From positions 1-64,000 of the forward strand of contig JBCCWC010000009.1 of assembly GCA_039194325.1 (NCBI GenBank): 64,000 nt of DNA, written 5' to 3'. Positions within the stretch are counted from its first letter, which is position 1. Each line of letters opens with the position of its first letter. Made by a program: the position numbers and the translations under genes. This DNA is from Myxococcota bacterium. GTDB lineage: Bacteria; Myxococcota_A; Polyangia; Nannocystales; Nannocystaceae. The notes beneath the pieces are model-generated. The model was not told the DNA's origin. It saw only the letters and a list, made by a program, of their open reading frames with translations, and did not search any database. Shown here in pieces: positions 10,673 to 21,066 of the stretch.

Positions 10673-13471
10673 CTAGCCCGACGTCTCGCTCGAGCTCCCC
10701 TGGAGCTGCCCCTGGAGTTGCTCAATGATCGCATCGATCCTCTGCACGCGTCGACGATCGGCCCGAGCCCATGTCGGCAGCAGGTCGCGGGCGGTCTGCG
10801 CGAGAGCGAGCGCATCGTCCTGGCGACCCCGGCGTAGCTCGATCCCCGCGAGCACCGAAGCGAGCTGACTCTCGAGATCCCGATCGTTCGTCGACGACCG
10901 GAGCGGTCGGAGGAGACCAGCGGCTTGTTCGTCCCGACCCAGGCTCACGAGCGCTCTGGCCATCCCGAGCTGGATGTGCGGGCGTCGCGACCAGGCCGCT
11001 GGCAAACCTTCCGCCATCACCAGCGCTCGGCGGTAGGATCCGAGGGCAGCCTCGTGCTCCCCGACCCGCCGCAGGGTCGACCCCAAAAGGGCATGGATCG
11101 ACACCAGATCCGTGACCGACGCCGAGCCCGACTCGGCATCCACCAACATCCGCCGAGCCAGCGCCAGCGCCCGCTTTGGCTGTCCGCCGCGGCTCAGCGC
11201 TTTGATCAGGTTGTTGCGCGCGGTCAGGAGCTCATGGTGAGCCGGACCATGGATAGACTCGAGGATCGACACCGCCGGCTCCAGGTACTCCCGTGCACGC
11301 TTCACTTCGCCGCGCGCCAGGTCGAATTTCCCGAGGTTGTTCAGCACGCGTCCCACTCGAGGGTGGCGAGGGCCCAGCGAGCTCTCGAGGATCTGTAGAC
11401 CAGCTTCCAGGTGCTCGTGCGCACGCACCGGCTCGTCGATCATCGCCAGGGCCACGCCGTAGTTGTTGTGTGCGACCGCCAGCCACGGGTGGTACGGCCC
11501 GAGCAAGGATCGGCGGATCTCCAGCGCTTCCTCGAACAAGCCACGGGCCGACCCTGGCCGACCGGTGTGCAACAACGCCTGCCCCAGACCCTCGAGTGAA
11601 TCGGCCAAGGAGAGCGAAGGCCGCTCGCTACGACGACGGATGGCGAGAGCCTGGCGGTGGAGCTCGACCCAAGCCTCGCGGTCTCCGGCCGTGTTCGCGC
11701 GCTCCGCCCGCGCATAGAGCAGATGCGCCTCCGATTCCCCGTATGGAGGCAAGCGTGCGGAGCTCGCCAGGGCGGTGCGCTCCCACTTGTGCGCCAGGTC
11801 GATGTCGGCCAGTTCGCGAGTCGCCACCCGCAAAAGCTCGGCCGCGGCCTCGCTGGCGAGGTCATCATCCCCGACCGTCACCGCGCCGTAGTAGGCCCGC
11901 TCCAGCGCCTGGAACGCCAACTCGGGGTGGGCGAGCTCGAGCTCGGCGCGGCCCTCCAGCAGTCGAGCACGCGCGACGAGCCCGGGCGCCGCCGCGGCCT
12001 CACCCGCGCTCGCGATGTGCTGCGCGACGTCCAACGACACCTCGAACGCGCCGACGACCCCGTGCGCCTGGGCCCGCGCGAGCTCCGACTCGAGCTCGGC
12101 CCAGGCCGGATCATCCCAGCGCCCCAGCGGCTCGGGACGATGCCAGCACCGCTCCGGCGAGGGCAGCAGCTCGGCGGCCGCAGCGGCGTAGCCCACGGTC
12201 TCCCGCTCGACCTGGCCCAGCACCGTGGTCAACGCGTCCGCTCGCAGCCGAGCCCGATGCAGGCACCGCTCGACCGACTCCAAGGCCGATCGCTGCGGGA
12301 TCGGGCTGTGGGCCATGCGCTCGCACACCAGCGCACGGTTGTGGCTCCACTCGCGAGCATAGACCGACAGCAGCTGATCGACCCGCTCCTCGGTCGACTC
12401 GGCGAAAGGGGTCCCCGTCGCTCGCAGCGCCTCGCGGACTCGCTCGGCATCCTGTCGAGACCAGATCGTGGGCTCCGGCTGGCACGGCTCGGGATGCGAC
12501 GACCCGAGCGTCAACGAGGCTCCACCGAGCACGAGTGCCGCGGCGCTGACCGCAATCCACCGTCGGTGGCCTCCTCCTTCGATCGCCGCGACGAGATCGT
12601 ACATCGAGGGGAATCGGTCGACAGGACGAGCCGACAGCCCCCGCGCGACCGCTCGACTCACGCGCCGAGGCACGAGCCCGGGCTCGAACGCCCGCACCCG
12701 ACCCTCTTTCTTGGCGGCGTGCTTGTCGTCGACCGACTCCCCCGGAAAGGGATCGGCCCCATGCAGCGCGTAGTAGAGCTCGACGCACAACGCGAACTGA
12801 TCGGCCGTATGGTCCACCGCCTCGCCGGCATGTTGTTCGGGCGCCATGGTCCGGGGGGTTCCCGCCAGCGCCCGTCTGGGCACCACGCCCCGCGGAGACG
12901 CCAGCCCGAAATCCGTCACGAGCACTCGCCCGTCCCCACCGACGAGCACGTTGTCGAGCTTGAAGTCACGGTGGACGATCCCGCGGCCGTGGGCATGGGC
13001 CAGCCCCCGGGCGGCCTGCATCAGCATGGCCACGATCCGGGCGGGTGTCGGGCGGCTGCGCTCCAGCCAGCGCCGCATCGAGCCACCGTGGACCAGTTCC
13101 ATCACCACGAACGAGCGGCCGCGATCCACTCCCACGTCGTAGACGGTGACAATGTTGGGGTGGCTCAGCTCCGCGATGGCCCGCGCCTCGTGAGCGATCG
13201 CCTCGGGATCGTGCGCCCCCTTCCACAGCACCTTCAGGGCGACCGGGCGCTCCAGCGCGTCGTCATAGGCCGCATAGACCACCCCGCCCCCTCCCATGCC
13301 CACCTGAGAGCCGACGATGTAGCGTCCCAGGCGCTCGCCAAGGCGGATCTCTGTGCCGCTCGCCGGGCGCTCGGGTCCGAGCAGCGGGTCCTCGGTCGTC
13401 CGTTGCTCCGAGCATGGAGAGCGCGTCGACCCCCACGTGCTCCACGAGCGTTCAGGCGTCCACATCGTCAT
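10673..13471 (-). CDS. Membrane Ser/Thr protein kinase with C-terminal TPR repeats
   Basis: GMGGGGVVY, VALK, HRDFKLDN, TDFG and MAPEQ motifs; TM segment; kinesin-light-chain-type TPRs (LGPYHP, LGPRHP). Confidence 0.92.
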   Translation of the reverse strand: MTMWTPERSWSTWGSTRSPCSEQRTTEDPLLGPERPASGTEIRLGERLGRYIVGSQVGMGGGGVVYAAYDDALERPVALKVLWKGAHDPEAIAHEARAIAELSHPNIVTVYDVGVDRGRSFVVMELVHGGSMRRWLERSRPTPARIVAMLMQAARGLAHAHGRGIVHRDFKLDNVLVGGDGRVLVTDFGLASPRGVVPRRALAGTPRTMAPEQHAGEAVDHTADQFALCVELYYALHGADPFPGESVDDKHAAKKEGRVRAFEPGLVPRRVSRAVARGLSARPVDRFPSMYDLVAAIEGGGHRRWIAVSAAALVLGGASLTLGSSHPEPCQPEPTIWSRQDAERVREALRATGTPFAESTEERVDQLLSVYAREWSHNRALVCERMAHSPIPQRSALESVERCLHRARLRADALTTVLGQVERETVGYAAAAAELLPSPERCWHRPEPLGRWDDPAWAELESELARAQAHGVVGAFEVSLDVAQHIASAGEAAAAPGLVARARLLEGRAELELAHPELAFQALERAYYGAVTVGDDDLASEAAAELLRVATRELADIDLAHKWERTALASSARLPPYGESEAHLLYARAERANTAGDREAWVELHRQALAIRRRSERPSLSLADSLEGLGQALLHTGRPGSARGLFEEALEIRRSLLGPYHPWLAVAHNNYGVALAMIDEPVRAHEHLEAGLQILESSLGPRHPRVGRVLNNLGKFDLARGEVKRAREYLEPAVSILESIHGPAHHELLTARNNLIKALSRGGQPKRALALARRMLVDAESGSASVTDLVSIHALLGSTLRRVGEHEAALGSYRRALVMAEGLPAAWSRRPHIQLGMARALVSLGRDEQAAGLLRPLRSSTNDRDLESQLASVLAGIELRRGRQDDALALAQTARDLLPTWARADRRRVQRIDAIIEQLQGQLQGSSSETSG

Positions 13472-14060
13472 GGAGCCCCTGCTCCACCAACCACCGGGTC
13501 AGCTCGGTACGAGAGCCGATCCCCAACGCGCGATAGATCCGCTCAAGGTGACTGGCGACCGCGCGCGACGTGACCTCCAGAGTACGAGCCACCTCGGCGT
13601 TCTTCGCCCCAGCGGCGACCAGTCGCGCCACCTCCAGCTGACGCGGAGTCAGCGTGGGCTCGATCTCGTTCGACGGCATCGATCGCCGTCGCGACAGCAG
13701 CAGGGTCACGTGCGCGCCGAGCTGGATCCGATCGTCTTCTCGCAGAAGCGCCATGTCGACCCGGCTCCGATTGACGAAGGTGCCGTTGGTCGAGCCGAGA
13801 TCGACGATGTTGACGACGGTGGTCGGTCCATCGTCGACCAAGACGACCTTGGCATGCTGGCGCGAGATCCCGTGCGCGACGATCTTGATGTCGGCGGCCT
13901 TGCTCTTGCCGATCACCAGGGTTCGCTTGTCGAGGGCAAATCGCCGCCCCGGCGTCGGACCACGAATGAGCTCGAGCTCCATAGCTCCGCTCGCTCGCGA
14001 GAAGGCCACGGGCTCGTGCGTCGTCGCCTCCAAGCCAAAGCGCTCCTTGTCCGTCGGCAT
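13452..14060 (-). CDS. FHA domain + LuxR-type HTH transcriptional regulator
   Basis: FHA motifs IGK...ISRQHA...DLGSTNGTFVN; LTPRQLEVARLVAAGAKNAEVA HTH; overlaps the kinase start. Confidence 0.9.
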   Translation of the reverse strand: MPTDKERFGLEATTHEPVAFSRASGAMELELIRGPTPGRRFALDKRTLVIGKSKAADIKIVAHGISRQHAKVVLVDDGPTTVVNIVDLGSTNGTFVNRSRVDMALLREDDRIQLGAHVTLLLSRRRSMPSNEIEPTLTPRQLEVARLVAAGAKNAEVARTLEVTSRAVASHLERIYRALGIGSRTELTRWLVEQGLHDDVDA

Positions 14061-14180
14061 GTCGATGAACGCACGTTTGTTGTGGTCCGGCGACCCTACC
14101 AATTCAAATGCTCGCCGTTCTCCCCTCGACTCCCGGGCAGCAGGCCGATTGGCCGGGGCTGGTGGGCCTGGTCGATTAAC

Positions 14181-14200
14181 GAAGTGATATCATCCACTTC
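14181..14200. promoter_or_regulatory. Inverted repeat GAAGTG-N8-CACTTC, possible operator
   Basis: AT-richer dyad about 120 bp upstream of the FHA-LuxR gene. Confidence 0.3.
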
Positions 14201-14783
14201 ATCAACGAGCCCGATCATCGGGGTTTACGGATGTCGCCCCCCCCACGGGACCGGCACGCCGTGAAGACCATCGACCCCTGGGAGGCAGGCGCAGCTGGCT
14301 CCACTTTGATCGGCCTCGATCGAATTCGCGACTGGACCCTCGCGCGGAATCCTCACCGAGGCCCTCACTATGGAGCCTTCACAGCTGGGGTAACGGACCC
14401 TGGCACTGCGCAGGGTCACCCAACGACTCGAGCGAGGCCCCCATCGCCTGGGCCGCGGACACGTACAGATCGCTGATGCCGTGCTCCGACGCCAGATCGC
14501 CCACCTTGGGGACCGCGTCACCCTCCGATACACGTCGACGATCGCCCGACACGACCTTGGTGCGGGGAAGCTCGATGGCGCGCCCCGTCGACCAAGCCAC
14601 GCCCGCGCTACCGATCGTCACCACGAACGCCTCGAACGATCCATTGTGGTGCGGCCCCCCGGAGTAGGTCGGTGGGGTCGCGACCCGTTCCAGACCCGAT
14701 CTTCTTCCGAGCTTCGCCCCGAACACTGGGGCCGGTGGCGTGATACCGTCTTCTGGTCGAGGTCGTCGACCGAGATCGAGCCC

Positions 14784-15371
14784 ATGCACACAGGTCGTCC
14801 ATCGCGCTCGGTCACCAACCCGCGGGCCGCCGCGGCGGCCGCGACGACCTTCGGGCGGCTCTATGCCGTGCGAGGTGACTATCAGCGCCCGGATACGACC
14901 AAGACCCTACGCCAGGGCCTGGCGGAGTATTACCAGGTCAACCCTGGGCTGAGCGATCCTGGGTCGATGGGCGACGACTTCAGCGCCCACTACTTCCGTT
15001 GCCACGACACGACCCACGTGATCTTCGGTACGCACACCGGCCCCCTCGACGAAGGCGTGAACGATCTATTCACGATGTTTGGCGTCGACGTGTCCTATGT
15101 GGGCTACGTCAAGGGCTTCTTCAGGACGAGCCCGGCTCAGGCCATCACCAAGGAGTACGGAGCACTTCCAACGGCAACAATCGCGGGCTCGATAGCCGGG
15201 ACTCTGCGGTTGCTGCCAAGGATCTGGCGCACGTGTCGAACCATGCGCCACAAATGGCCATGGGCTCCTCCATCGGATGTACTCGACCGGCCCATCATCG
15301 AGCTCCGGGAGGAATACGGCATCGAGGTCTGGCGCCCAGAGGTCGTGCTCGGGCTTCGACGCGACCGCTGA
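14784..15371 (+). CDS. Hypothetical protein with Coq4-like HDxxH...E motif
   Basis: TLRQGLAEYY; FRCHDTTHVIFGTHTGPLDE; C-terminal LDRPIIELREEYGI. Start uncertain (14784 or 14868). Confidence 0.6.
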   Translation: MHTGRPSRSVTNPRAAAAAATTFGRLYAVRGDYQRPDTTKTLRQGLAEYYQVNPGLSDPGSMGDDFSAHYFRCHDTTHVIFGTHTGPLDEGVNDLFTMFGVDVSYVGYVKGFFRTSPAQAITKEYGALPTATIAGSIAGTLRLLPRIWRTCRTMRHKWPWAPPSDVLDRPIIELREEYGIEVWRPEVVLGLRRDR

Positions 15372-15432
15372 ACGGGGAAACCACCAACGCAGCCACCCTC
15401 TACGCCCTCTCAGGCCAACAGCTCGACCGCCG

Positions 15433-16923
15433 CTACCGAGGCCGATAGGCGCGGAACTCACCGGCAACGTGCATCAGCCCCAGCATGTACAACATCCCGT
15501 CGTAGTAGCGATAGAAACCCGTCGGCACGGCGGTGTCCCACAGTTCCTCGACGAACGCGTAGTCTCCCGGGTCCGTCGCCGCGAGCGTGGCCGCCGCGTT
15601 CATCGCCACCAGCCCCGGCGAGTGATCGCCAGACAGCTCCATGCCATCGAGGGTGAAATGGTTGCCATAGCCTGGCCCCTGCGCGGTGAAGAACGCGTGG
15701 AGCAGATCGGTGAGCTCCTGCTGCCTCGGATCGGCCTCGTACCACGACCAATCGAACGCCCAGTTCATCGAGGTGCGCCACGCATCAAAGCGGAAATTCG
15801 CGGTCCCCGCGTCCCACGAGGCGCCCTTGGGGGTCCCGTCGAAGTTCGCATAGTCCGGTGACAGCGCCGTCATGTCGTTCGTCGTAGCCACGAAGAAATC
15901 ACGGCTTACCGTGGCGGCATCGCGCCAAAACTGAGCGTCGGCTGGCGGCCCCCACTCCGCCCATAGCTCGTAGAACGCCGGCAGGTGATAGGACGGATCG
16001 GTGTGATCCCCATTGGAGGGGAAATTGTAGACATTGGGCGTGAAGCGGACCTGCTTGTGCTCCACGTTGAACAACGAGGTGCCATTGTCGATGTCGGCGC
16101 GGTTCTTCATCGCGTCGAGCAGATCGTCGGCGTGGGCGCGATAGTCATACACCCCCGCCCCACTGCCCCAGCGAGCATCCGCGAAGTACAGCGCCATCGC
16201 GAAGTACTCCTCGCCGTCCGGCGCCGGCATGGGATCGAGGTGCACCCCATCGTACGAGACCGACCAACTAAAATAACGATAAGCCGGGTGCGAGGGATCG
16301 TCGTGACGCATGTAGGTGTAGGACCAGTTCCACAGCGCGTCGAAGTCTTCGGGGCGGTCGTGCTGAACGGCGATCATCATGCCGTAGCTCATCCCCTCGG
16401 AGCGCACGTCCATGCTGGCGATGTCGCGGATCTGGGCCAGCGGCCCGCTCTCGTTGGCGCCCATCTCGACCATCACCGCCTGCTCGCTCGGCTCCCCGTG
16501 GAACAGCTGCTCGTACGCGGCGTCGACCTTCGCGGTGATCTCCGCCTCGTCGTACCCGGCCTCGGCAAACAGGTTGCGATAGACCCCGGTGACCACGGCT
16601 CCCCCCTCGGTAGGCTCGTCGGGGCCGGAGGTCTCGTCCGATGACGTCCCCGGATCGGAACCCGAGTCATCGGCCGGATCCGAGCTCGTAGTCATAGAGG
16701 CCGTCGCGCTCACAGTCGGTGCGTTGGCCGTGTTGCCGGAGCTCCCACCCGATCCGCCGGCGGATGCGCCACCGCCCGAGCCCTCGTCGCCGCTGGGCAG
16801 ACCCGCCGAGCCGTCGCTCGTATCGACGACCCCCGCCCCGTCGCATGCGAACAAGACCAGGGTCGAGAAACAACTGGTGAGGGACCAAAGGGTGGATGAA
16901 CGGAACGATGATCGAAGAAACAT
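15433..16923 (-). CDS. Glycoside hydrolase family 8 (Rex-like exo-oligoxylanase) lipoprotein
   Basis: DVRSEGMSYGM, PAPDGEEYFAMAL, DPSYHLPAFY, FDAWR and YRYYDG motifs; LVLFAC lipobox with Ser/Gly/Thr linker. Confidence 0.9.
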   Translation of the reverse strand: MFLRSSFRSSTLWSLTSCFSTLVLFACDGAGVVDTSDGSAGLPSGDEGSGGGASAGGSGGSSGNTANAPTVSATASMTTSSDPADDSGSDPGTSSDETSGPDEPTEGGAVVTGVYRNLFAEAGYDEAEITAKVDAAYEQLFHGEPSEQAVMVEMGANESGPLAQIRDIASMDVRSEGMSYGMMIAVQHDRPEDFDALWNWSYTYMRHDDPSHPAYRYFSWSVSYDGVHLDPMPAPDGEEYFAMALYFADARWGSGAGVYDYRAHADDLLDAMKNRADIDNGTSLFNVEHKQVRFTPNVYNFPSNGDHTDPSYHLPAFYELWAEWGPPADAQFWRDAATVSRDFFVATTNDMTALSPDYANFDGTPKGASWDAGTANFRFDAWRTSMNWAFDWSWYEADPRQQELTDLLHAFFTAQGPGYGNHFTLDGMELSGDHSPGLVAMNAAATLAATDPGDYAFVEELWDTAVPTGFYRYYDGMLYMLGLMHVAGEFRAYRPR

Positions 16924-16964
16924 GATCTCTACTGCCACAGTGGAACGAGAATCGGTTCTCGGGT

Positions 16965-17001
16965 CGAAGGGACGAAGGGTCGAAGGGACGAAGGGGCGAA
17001 G
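16965..17001. repeat. 8-bp tandem repeat CGAAGGG(A/T/G), about 4.5 copies, upstream of GH8
   Basis: Seen in sequence. Confidence 0.85.
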
Positions 17002-17398
17002 CCGAGCCAGCGGAACGTGATCAAGCGACACGAACCGCATCAGTCTCGACATGGAATCAGTTCCACACGTCGCCACTTTGTCTCGAACTCTATCGTCGAA
17101 TTCGAAAGAACTCGCGCCATGAACGAAATGGTCCGATCGGATCGTTCCATGCCGGAGTCGATCGTTCACCGTCCACGCCTGCGAAGACCCGCAATGTGCC
17201 ACCTCGAACCCTTCAGATGACCGACGAATGGACAGCCAGCAGTCTCTTTGGGGAACACGAGGAACGAGAAGGTTTTGCGCGTGCGTCCTCGATCGTCGAA
17301 CACCGTCCGTGAACGCACTCGAATGACGACGCCGGCCGTGGCACTCGAAGACTGGTCATTCGACCGATGATTCCGGAATCGATCTCATGGCCAGTTTT

Positions 17399-17458
17399 GA
17401 GACTGGTATCGAGACCGGTCTCGATACCAGTCTCGATACCGGTCTCGATACCGGTCTA
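17399..17458. repeat. Perfect 36-bp palindrome continuing into 12-bp tandem repeats at the amylase stop
   Basis: GAGACTGGTATCGAGACC|GGTCTCGATACCAGTCTC at 17399-17434, with TCTCGATACCRG units running to the stop at 17456-17458. Confidence 0.9.
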
Positions 17459-19114
17459 GAGGCGGCTGCCCTCGTGGATCGCCACCGCGTCGAGCGCCTC
17501 GACCTCGACCAGCGCGCGACCGTCCTCCTCGACGACCACGATCTTGCCATCACACCCCAGGCCGTCCCCGAGCACGCCCCCGCCGATCACGTCGCAATAG
17601 CTCCCCGGGGCCATGCCCGTGTCCAACCAGTTCGAGGTCGTCTGATCCCCATGGCGGTTGATCGTCACGAACCCGCGGCCGTCACGACCAAAGGCGATCT
17701 GCTGGTCGCCGTTGTCCCACCAGTGGGTGACCGGAGTCCCATCGGTGCGGTTGCGGAACTCCACCATGGCCAGGATCGCGGGCCAGCGATGCTCGCAGAT
17801 CCAGCCGCCGACGCACGCTCCCGAGCCATCGTCTACGGTGAGCACCCGGCCCGACCCGTCGACGGGCGGGCCCTGGTCCCCGTGCTCGAAGGCGTAGCTC
17901 GACATCACCTTGGGGTAGCCGTAGGGCCACGCGAGCATGAAGACGTTGGCCAACCGATAGATCTCGGGCCGCTGGTGAGACAGGTGCCCCGCCGCGCCGC
18001 CGTGCCCCCGCTGGCTGTCGTGATTGTCGACGAAGACGACGGCCTGCTCGGACGGCATCAGCCCCCACGCAGAGCCAAAGTCGTCGAGCCAGGCGAGCTG
18101 CCCCCCGCTGAAGACCTCGTCGATCATGCGGCTATACCCCATCTCGGTGACGTCGCCGAGGCCCGCATACATCTGGGTCGAGATCACACCGTCGGCGATG
18201 ACCTCCTGGAATACATAGGACGACTCGGGGAGCGGCTCCAGGATCGCCGACAGCTCTTGCGCCGCGATGTGCTTGGCCGCGTCGATCCGAAAGCCCGCAA
18301 CCCCCATCTCGCTCAGACCGGCCAGGTATCCGATGAGCTGTCCCTGGACGTACCCGGATCCGGTGTCGAGATCGGGAAGGCCCACCAGCTCACAGTTTTG
18401 GATCTCCCACTGCGAGCTCCAGTCGATCCCGTGGCGACAGTCATGAAAGTCTTGATCGCCGTAGAGGCCCGGGTACTCGTAGGACGAGTAGACCGTGCCG
18501 TTCCACCCTGGCTCCCCGTTACCCACGGCCATGTGGTTGATGACCGCGTCCACGTAGACCCCCACGCCCGCATCGGCACAGCGCTGCACCATCTGTTCGA
18601 ACTGGTCGGCGGTCCCGCTGCGGCTCTCGAGCTCGTAGCTGACCGGCTGGTAGCGCACCCACCACGGATGGTCGGAGAGCATCTTGTGCTCGCTGGGCGG
18701 TGAGACCTGGACGGCAGCAAAACCCGCCGGGCCCAGCACCTGCTCGCACTCGCGGGCGATGTCGTCCCAGCTCCACTCGAATAGGTGCACGAACGTTGTT
18801 CGCGGTCCGTCATACCCGGGCTCGTCCGGATCGCCGGGTCCATCGCCATCATCGTCGTCGCCCCCCGGCTCGCCGTCGCCGTCGTCCTGGCCCGGCTCCT
18901 CGTCGGGGTCATCCGGGTCGTCAGGACGCTCGTCCTCCGCGCTGGGATCGGGACGCTCCGGCTGGGGCTCATCGACCCCAACCTGCACATCATCGGCGTT
19001 GCTGCCACCATTGCACCCTGGCAGCAGCGCCGCACTCCACAGCACAAGAACGCCGCAGAGAGCCGATTCAAAGGGCCAACGAAGGGACGAGTCGGGACAG
19101 AGGGGATTTGCCAT
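17456..19114 (-). CDS. Alpha-amylase (GH13) lipoprotein
   Basis: FVHLFEW, WWVRYQPVSY, DAVINH, GFRIDAAKH, FQEV, FVDNHD and WICEHRW motifs; LLPGC lipobox and acidic linker. Confidence 0.93.
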   Translation of the reverse strand: MANPLCPDSSLRWPFESALCGVLVLWSAALLPGCNGGSNADDVQVGVDEPQPERPDPSAEDERPDDPDDPDEEPGQDDGDGEPGGDDDDGDGPGDPDEPGYDGPRTTFVHLFEWSWDDIARECEQVLGPAGFAAVQVSPPSEHKMLSDHPWWVRYQPVSYELESRSGTADQFEQMVQRCADAGVGVYVDAVINHMAVGNGEPGWNGTVYSSYEYPGLYGDQDFHDCRHGIDWSSQWEIQNCELVGLPDLDTGSGYVQGQLIGYLAGLSEMGVAGFRIDAAKHIAAQELSAILEPLPESSYVFQEVIADGVISTQMYAGLGDVTEMGYSRMIDEVFSGGQLAWLDDFGSAWGLMPSEQAVVFVDNHDSQRGHGGAAGHLSHQRPEIYRLANVFMLAWPYGYPKVMSSYAFEHGDQGPPVDGSGRVLTVDDGSGACVGGWICEHRWPAILAMVEFRNRTDGTPVTHWWDNGDQQIAFGRDGRGFVTINRHGDQTTSNWLDTGMAPGSYCDVIGGGVLGDGLGCDGKIVVVEEDGRALVEVEALDAVAIHEGSRL

Positions 19115-19517
19115 GGTGAGATGACTCAGCGTGCGGCTCAAAGCCCCCAACGGTCAATCCGGCTGGCGTACCACAAATACAGTTGGTGGTCGGTTGCTGC
19201 ATGAGCGTCGGTCCTGCTCGCGTCACTGAGGCATTGAAACCATGGTGGCGAGCCCGGCCGAAGACACGAAGCGAGGGGCGGCTCGTCGCGCCCCCGTCAC
19301 AATCCCGTCACTCTGTTCGAACGACCGACGATCGGAATCGCTGGAATTCCAAGGGCTTGTCCATGAGTCGATCCCATGAGGACTCAGAGCCTTCGAAAAC
19401 GAAGAAGCCAACCTTTGTTGGGCATTGGCCCATGCGTGTGTGAATTATCGCGATAAGCGACGGACCGTGCCGATGCGTCGTTACGAGTGAGCCCACGGAC
19501 ACGCAAATGTCATTCGA

Positions 19518-19597
19518 CCGACTTCACGGGTCCGACTTCACGGGTCCGACTTCACGGGTCCGACTTCACGGGTCCGACTTCACGGGTCCGACTTCAC
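19518..19597. repeat. 14-bp tandem repeat CCGACTTCACGGGT x5.7 including a stop codon
   Basis: Five perfect copies plus a partial copy that contains the stop at 19594-19596. Confidence 0.95.
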
Positions 19598-20742
19598 TGG
19601 CAGGCGTCGTCAATCCCGTCGTTGTCCTCGTCGACCTGGCAAGAATCCGGGACCCCGTCGGGGACACCCGAGCCCCATCCGATCAAGTCGGTAAAATCCT
19701 CGCATCGATCGAACAAGCCGTTGCCGTCGCAATCTTCATCGATCGGCGCCACGGAGTGATAGACCTCAGCGTTGGTCTTGTCGGAATCCTGCTGAAAATC
19801 GCCGCCGATCCCATCCGAGGTCGCCAACCAGTAGCACTCGTCGACTCCCATCAGCTCCGCCGGCATGTCGAGGCTGGTGACCAGTAAGCGCCCACCGAGC
19901 TCTAGGTCGACATCGACCCCCGGGATCACGTGCGAATTGAACTCACCGTCACCGAGCCGGACCACTGGGTTTTGGTTGGTGTCGAGGTCGACCCGAACAT
20001 GGAAATCCCCCCCGAACCCTGCGACCTGCTGAGTACCGGTCGACGCATCTGTATCGATATCGAAGTGCCAGTAGAACTCGAAGATCGCGTTCGCGTCGGA
20101 GAAATCGAGGGGCTCGTAGAATTCCAGCCCAACGATGAGCTCCCCGTCCCGATTCTCGACGAACGCAAAGCGGATGTCGCCGTTGAGATCAGACGCGTCA
20201 ACGTCGTCACTGTCGGAGGCATACCCCCACAAGGTACAGGTACCCTCCCCCGCCTTGGGATCGCAGGTATCGCGCACCCCGTTGCCATTGCAATCGTCGC
20301 CATTCCCCTGGGGCTCACAGCTGTCCTCACCCGTGGTATCGCCCGAGTCGGCGCCGTCGACCGGCTCGACGCAAACGTCGCCGCTGCCGCTGGTCTTGCA
20401 GTCCAGCTCGCCCGCACAGGTTCCCTGATCGCACGAGCAATTGAGCGTACCAGGCGTGCATCCCTGCGGCATGCAGAACCCTCCGCCGCAGACCAGCCCG
20501 GCGTCACAGGCCCCGCCCGCCGTGCAGGGACACCCCGGGGCTCCCGGCAGGCAGTCGGGCGCCGGTTCGCCGCTCTCGTCGCCGGCCTCGCTCGTACCAT
20601 CGCTGGGATCCGCTCCGGTCTCCCCGTCGGCCAAGCTCGGCCCCATAGGCGGCTCCGGGTCGGGATCGAAGCAGGCCCCCTGCGACAAGACCAACATCCA
20701 TGTCAACGACGAGCCAAGGCGATGCCGAGACGAACGCTCCAT
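19594..20742 (-). CDS. Cys-rich, Asp-rich lipoprotein (putative Ca-binding repeats)
   Basis: LSQGAC lipobox; CxPGxxGCxC repeats; DCNGNGxxDxC, DCDGNG and DNDGIDDAC thrombospondin-type-3-like motifs. Confidence 0.75.
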   Translation of the reverse strand: MERSSRHRLGSSLTWMLVLSQGACFDPDPEPPMGPSLADGETGADPSDGTSEAGDESGEPAPDCLPGAPGCPCTAGGACDAGLVCGGGFCMPQGCTPGTLNCSCDQGTCAGELDCKTSGSGDVCVEPVDGADSGDTTGEDSCEPQGNGDDCNGNGVRDTCDPKAGEGTCTLWGYASDSDDVDASDLNGDIRFAFVENRDGELIVGLEFYEPLDFSDANAIFEFYWHFDIDTDASTGTQQVAGFGGDFHVRVDLDTNQNPVVRLGDGEFNSHVIPGVDVDLELGGRLLVTSLDMPAELMGVDECYWLATSDGIGGDFQQDSDKTNAEVYHSVAPIDEDCDGNGLFDRCEDFTDLIGWGSGVPDGVPDSCQVDEDNDGIDDACQ

Positions 20743-21028
20743 GATCCGATGATGAAGTCCGAACCTGGACGACGCCATCGGCACGATGACCGAAATGTAG
20801 GAGATTCTCGCTTCGGTCGATGAACCGAGGAACGGATCCTTCCGCGTGCCCCCTGTAATCGACGTGGGGCGGGCAAAACAACGATCATCCCAGACGCGTC
20901 AGCCCGGCGAACAAGCCGAGCTCGAGCGCGTCGGGAACACCGTGAGTCTGCATCGTGACGGTGACCGTCACCGTAGCCCCGACCACGAGCGCAACCCCGA
21001 CCGCGAGCATAGCCCGGCCGTGACCGTA

Positions 21029-21061
<33 letters not shown>

Positions 21062-21066
21062 GGTCT

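Noticed and set aside
11657..13573. Long plus-strand ORF (638 aa), and similar long ORFs at 39455-41626, 53007-54605, 32304-33425, 17387-18703 and 62728-63750
   Set aside because: Antisense shadows of well-supported genes; an expected artefact of high-GC codon bias; no recognisable motifs.
14379..14789. Possible gene remnant on the minus strand (GSFEAFVVTIGSAGVAWST)
   Set aside because: Only a faint resemblance to beta-propeller repeats; not enough to call a pseudogene.
17399..17434. Intrinsic terminator for the amylase gene
   Set aside because: On the transcribed (minus) strand the hairpin is followed by an A-run, not a U-tract.
20885..21010. Small hydrophobic ORF MLAVGVALVVGATVTVTVT...
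   Set aside because: Low-complexity sequence next to a microsatellite, with no clear RBS.
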